This document shows positions 23,765 to 27,324 of a stretch of DNA of 27,324 nt, in pieces. Position 1 is the first letter of the stretch. Each line of letters starts with the position of its first letter. A program made the position numbers and the translations under genes. The stretch comes from Rotaria socialis (lineage: Eukaryota): positions 124,001 through 151,324 of the forward strand of contig CAJNYD010000067.1 in the NCBI GenBank assembly GCA_905331295.1, written 5' to 3'. Below the pieces are notes generated by a model. The model was not told where the DNA came from and did no database searches. It was given only the letters and a program-made list of their open reading frames with translations.

Positions 23765-24405
23765 CTTTAGTGAATCAATTAAATACAATTAGACGTAAAA
23801 ATTGTTTCAACCAGTAAACATTTATCACGAATGAATTTCTCAAAACCATGATAGAATTGAAACATTTAAGATTTCGATGAACAATATGAACAAATAAAAA
23901 GTACTACTCAGTAGGGACTATGAAATGTGAATATAAGCCGTGTTTTTATGTATGCTCTCAATAGCACACACAATTATTACATCGATATTGGTAGTGCTAT
24001 TATTTCATAACGTTGATTATGAATGACATCCTAATATCAATGATATAGGACAACATTTTACATTTTCTGCAAGGGAAAGAAACTGATTTCAATGGTCACA
24101 GTAAATTAAAAATCACCTGAAATTATTTGAAATCAGTTTGTTACTTCCTGTACACGACAGAGTATATTAATTTAAGCGAGCCAACATTTAGAAGCCAACC
24201 AATATGATGAAAAATGACGATATAAGGTTCTTATAACTACATGATATGCTATCCTCTACATCTTCCGTTAGATTCTTTTCAGAAATTGTGCTCGAATTTT
24301 TTAATGTTAAAGTACCATTTCAAAGAAAACGTCAATTTCATCTACTACAGAATAGTGTTTTAACAGCTCCTTGATATTGATAGAACAAATGAATAGAATA
24401 CTTAC

Positions 24406-25135
24406 GTTGTGCTGTTCCATCAGATGCCGTTGGTGGCAAGTGAACCTGTACAATAGCTGATGCTAATTGCTCGTCACTATTGTCACTCAATTCTCTTAAA
24501 TGTATTACGTGTAGACCGCCAAGATGATTCAATGCATTACTCTCAACTTGCAGACGGGTGCCTGGCATCAGTATGAGTTCATCTTCATTGTCAAAGTTCG
24601 TGTAGCCTTTAATATTCCTTCCATTAACTGCTTCAATCAAGAAAAGAGTCGAATTGATATCGACAAATCCTTTAATAACATCGACAGATGATGAACACGA
24701 ATTCACAGCCCACCAAGTCAATATTTGATCTTTCTTTAATTTCTCACTGAGATCTTTTTGAACCCCGCGCCATATAGCTTTCTTTACTGAAGGTAGTTTT
24801 TCAATTGCTACTTCGAATAGTTTAAGAAAAGGAAACCAAGGCTTTAGTTTAGATCGGTCTTCACTTCTTAGTGCTTGATTTAATACACGATAGAAGCTAC
24901 CTTTGCCCCACTCCATCGTGTACAAATATACAGCAGCTGATTCATCGCGTGTGAGACCATGTTCTGAAGGAAAATGGCAATGTTGCTTAGCTACTTTGAT
25001 ATAGCGAGACAATTGATCGATATAAGGAAGGATTGCAATTAATGATTGTTCCAGAGAGACAAGTTTACAACTATAATATCCATATATTGGTGAAAGTGTT
25101 TTCGTACCGAGATCGAAATCAGTAAAACGATTCAT
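24406..25135 (-). CDS. NAD(+)-arginine ADP-ribosyltransferase (ARTC, R-S-E clade) exon
   Basis: Likely start MNRFTD at 25135. Motifs ESAAVYLYT, YRVLNQALR, WRGV (R), WWAVNSCSSS (S-x-S), NEDELILMPG (E-x-E). Strong phase-1 donor GTAAGT at 24405, so the ORF-track tail is probably intronic. Confidence 0.9.
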
Positions 25136-26277
25136 AATGTTTCTTAAGCCTTTTGATAGCCAATAAAAACAATGAAAGAATATGTTTTCAATGCTAACTT
25201 GCGTAAGGAGTGACACGTCGTAATATTTGATAACTTGATTTTTGAAGAAATTCGCTCTGTTATTGAAAAGTTTCTAATAATATGGATAATAGCTACTTGA
25301 TAAACTAAAATAAAAACATAAATATGAATAACATTCAGAAAGGAGGTAGACGTTTAAAGTTAGAAGAATAAAACGTGCTGGGTGACTCTCATCTTCATCG
25401 ACATTCTAAAAATATCTTCCCCCAACTGTCTTTCTTATTCATATGTCCATAGTCAAAACATGTCTCATATCTATAACTCACAGCTTTGTTTTTATTGTGT
25501 TCATTCTTTTTTTTTGCAGAGCTTTCTTCATTCTTTAAAGGGTGATAGCTATTTATACTTAAGATTGCAATACTACAGGTGGTGCTAGTACTTTTTCTTG
25601 TGCGTTATAATACGCAATCATACTGAATTCATATATTTTTAAATTACTTATTTTTTTCGAACTTATTGATTTGCGCAACATCAATAGAGCGTGATATTTT
25701 GTAGAGGTGGATACATAGTTATATGAAACTGTAAACATCATTTTTTTGCATTCCTCTTCGTCTACCTGGTAGGTTATATCGTAAAAAAGAGATACATTTT
25801 TATAATGAATCTATTTCTTGTCTTCATTTGAAATGCTCTACCATGAGAGGGAGAGTGTTTGTACGTGTATAGAGAAGTAATGATTTTCAATTAAAAAGCG
25901 TTTCATTACGAACTGCGAAATCTGCAGTTACGGTATATCTGAAACGACGATGTATTGAATGCGTTACTAGAACGAAGCATAAATCGATTTTCAATAGGAA
26001 ACATATATAAGAGTGAATTTCGCTGGCATTGTACGGTTTGCAGAAAAAAATGAAAGTGAACGCTGGAATAAATTGACATGTGCATTACATAGATCACCAT
26101 TTCTTGCATACAAGTCAAGTATTTCCCACGCTGTCAAGTCTTTGATTTGCGAAGAAATTGAGATCATAAAGTATATTTAAGGTTTGAAGTCGCTTGACAA
26201 AATTAAATCTCTGCGTGAAAAGTTTTCCGATTATCAGTATATCACAGTCATATCCTTTTGAAAAGTATAATCCGGGA

Positions 26278-26292
26278 GTGTGTGTGTGTGTG
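26278..26292 (+). repeat. (GT)7 microsatellite
   Basis: Read directly from the sequence. Confidence 0.85.
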
Positions 26293-27324
26293 GGTGTGGT
26301 CTCTGCATATACGCACACCCTCAGGTATTAAGAATCCTTGAAAAATATTTGTAAACGTCTCTTAGTCAAGATAAATCAAAGAACGCTAAATAAATTTGCT
26401 TTTCTCTAAATATCTATCATTTTAATCTGTTGTGACATTTTTTGAGTGAAAATATTATTTTCTCGTGAACGATACTTATTTAAGAGCTCAACTTTTTATA
26501 ACAGATCTATCATATAGTCAGTCAAAAAAGATAAAATAATCATTGACTAATCTCGTATAGTTAGCGAGAAATCAAAGAATCACAAGAAGAAATCTTGCGT
26601 GACATTTAGTGCAACAATAACCACCCATCTGTTTTAGTTTTTATCTTCTTGCTTGATCCTGAACATTTTTGAAAATATTTTTTTATCAAAATATTTCGCG
26701 TTCTTTGCTCTATGAAATAGAAAAAAAGAAATTTGGGTTAACTTGTAAAAAGTCTTTAGCAGTTGCAATTTGATCTGTTGTGACAAAAAAATGACCAAAG
26801 TGTATGTTTAGAAATTTTTTGCAAAATTTGATCAGAAAATCAAAATCAAAGTTATGATCAATTTGTATCTTTGGAAAGAGTAATGTGCTATCTACCAACT
26901 GATGTAAAAAGTTCGTTTTATCCAATCAGAATTATAGGATAAAAAGCAGAATTTCTATCGATAGCTGCCACTCAACAACTTTCATTTTGATCTGTCATGT
27001 TTCAAAACTCCTCAGCCACTGAGCTAAAATATTTGATACTTTTATGGTAAGCAGAGCGAATCAAATGAAACATTTCAAAAGAAAGATGGTCCAAATCGGT
27101 TAAGTAGAAGTTGAGATCTAAGCTTTTTCGTGTTTCCAGAGCAATCGTACAATGCCAGCGAAATTCACTGTATATATAGGAAATCATTCAAGGGGGAAAA
27201 AGCGGCTCCTGGTGTAACGATAAGAATGTTTTATCGTGATATCGAACTGGATAGAGGTGGAGTAGCTTACCGCTACTCTAGGTAATGATGTTTATTCGTT
27301 TATTCACATATCCAGAGTGTAACG

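Noticed and set aside
25136..25216. ORF-track N-terminal extension of the ART (MSLLTQV...)
   Set aside because: Begins at GTG, not used as a normal start in animals. The first in-frame ATG is 25135.
26710..27187. Two minus-strand ORFs as a gene or pseudogene
   Set aside because: Protein-like in places but interrupted by stops, no recognisable family, and the only candidate intron is about 33 bp.
1..27324. Prokaryotic systems (operons, CRISPR, toxin-antitoxin around the ART)
   Set aside because: Spliceosomal introns, an ETS gene and low coding density show animal DNA. No repeat-spacer array was seen.

Overview
AT-rich eukaryotic (animal) genomic DNA with short GT-AG introns of about 45-68 bp. 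The gene content and intron style suggest a bdelloid rotifer; this is inference, not proof. The window contains: (1) two tandem, diverged copies of a 2-exon, atypical ETS transcription factor gene that share a perfectly identical 430-bp tract covering the ETS domain and its intron; (2) a 5-exon, membrane-anchored GAPR-1-like CAP/SCP gene; (3) a single-exon 102-aa secreted protein ending in IFKW-G-stop, a candidate amidated peptide precursor; (4) an R-S-E type ADP-ribosyltransferase exon upstream of a MORN-repeat exon with CxxCGH inserts, which phase-compatible splice sites could join into one protein of about 550 aa; (5) several non-autonomous DNA-transposon-like elements. No rRNA, tRNA or CRISPR was seen. 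All counts were made by eye; no searches were run.
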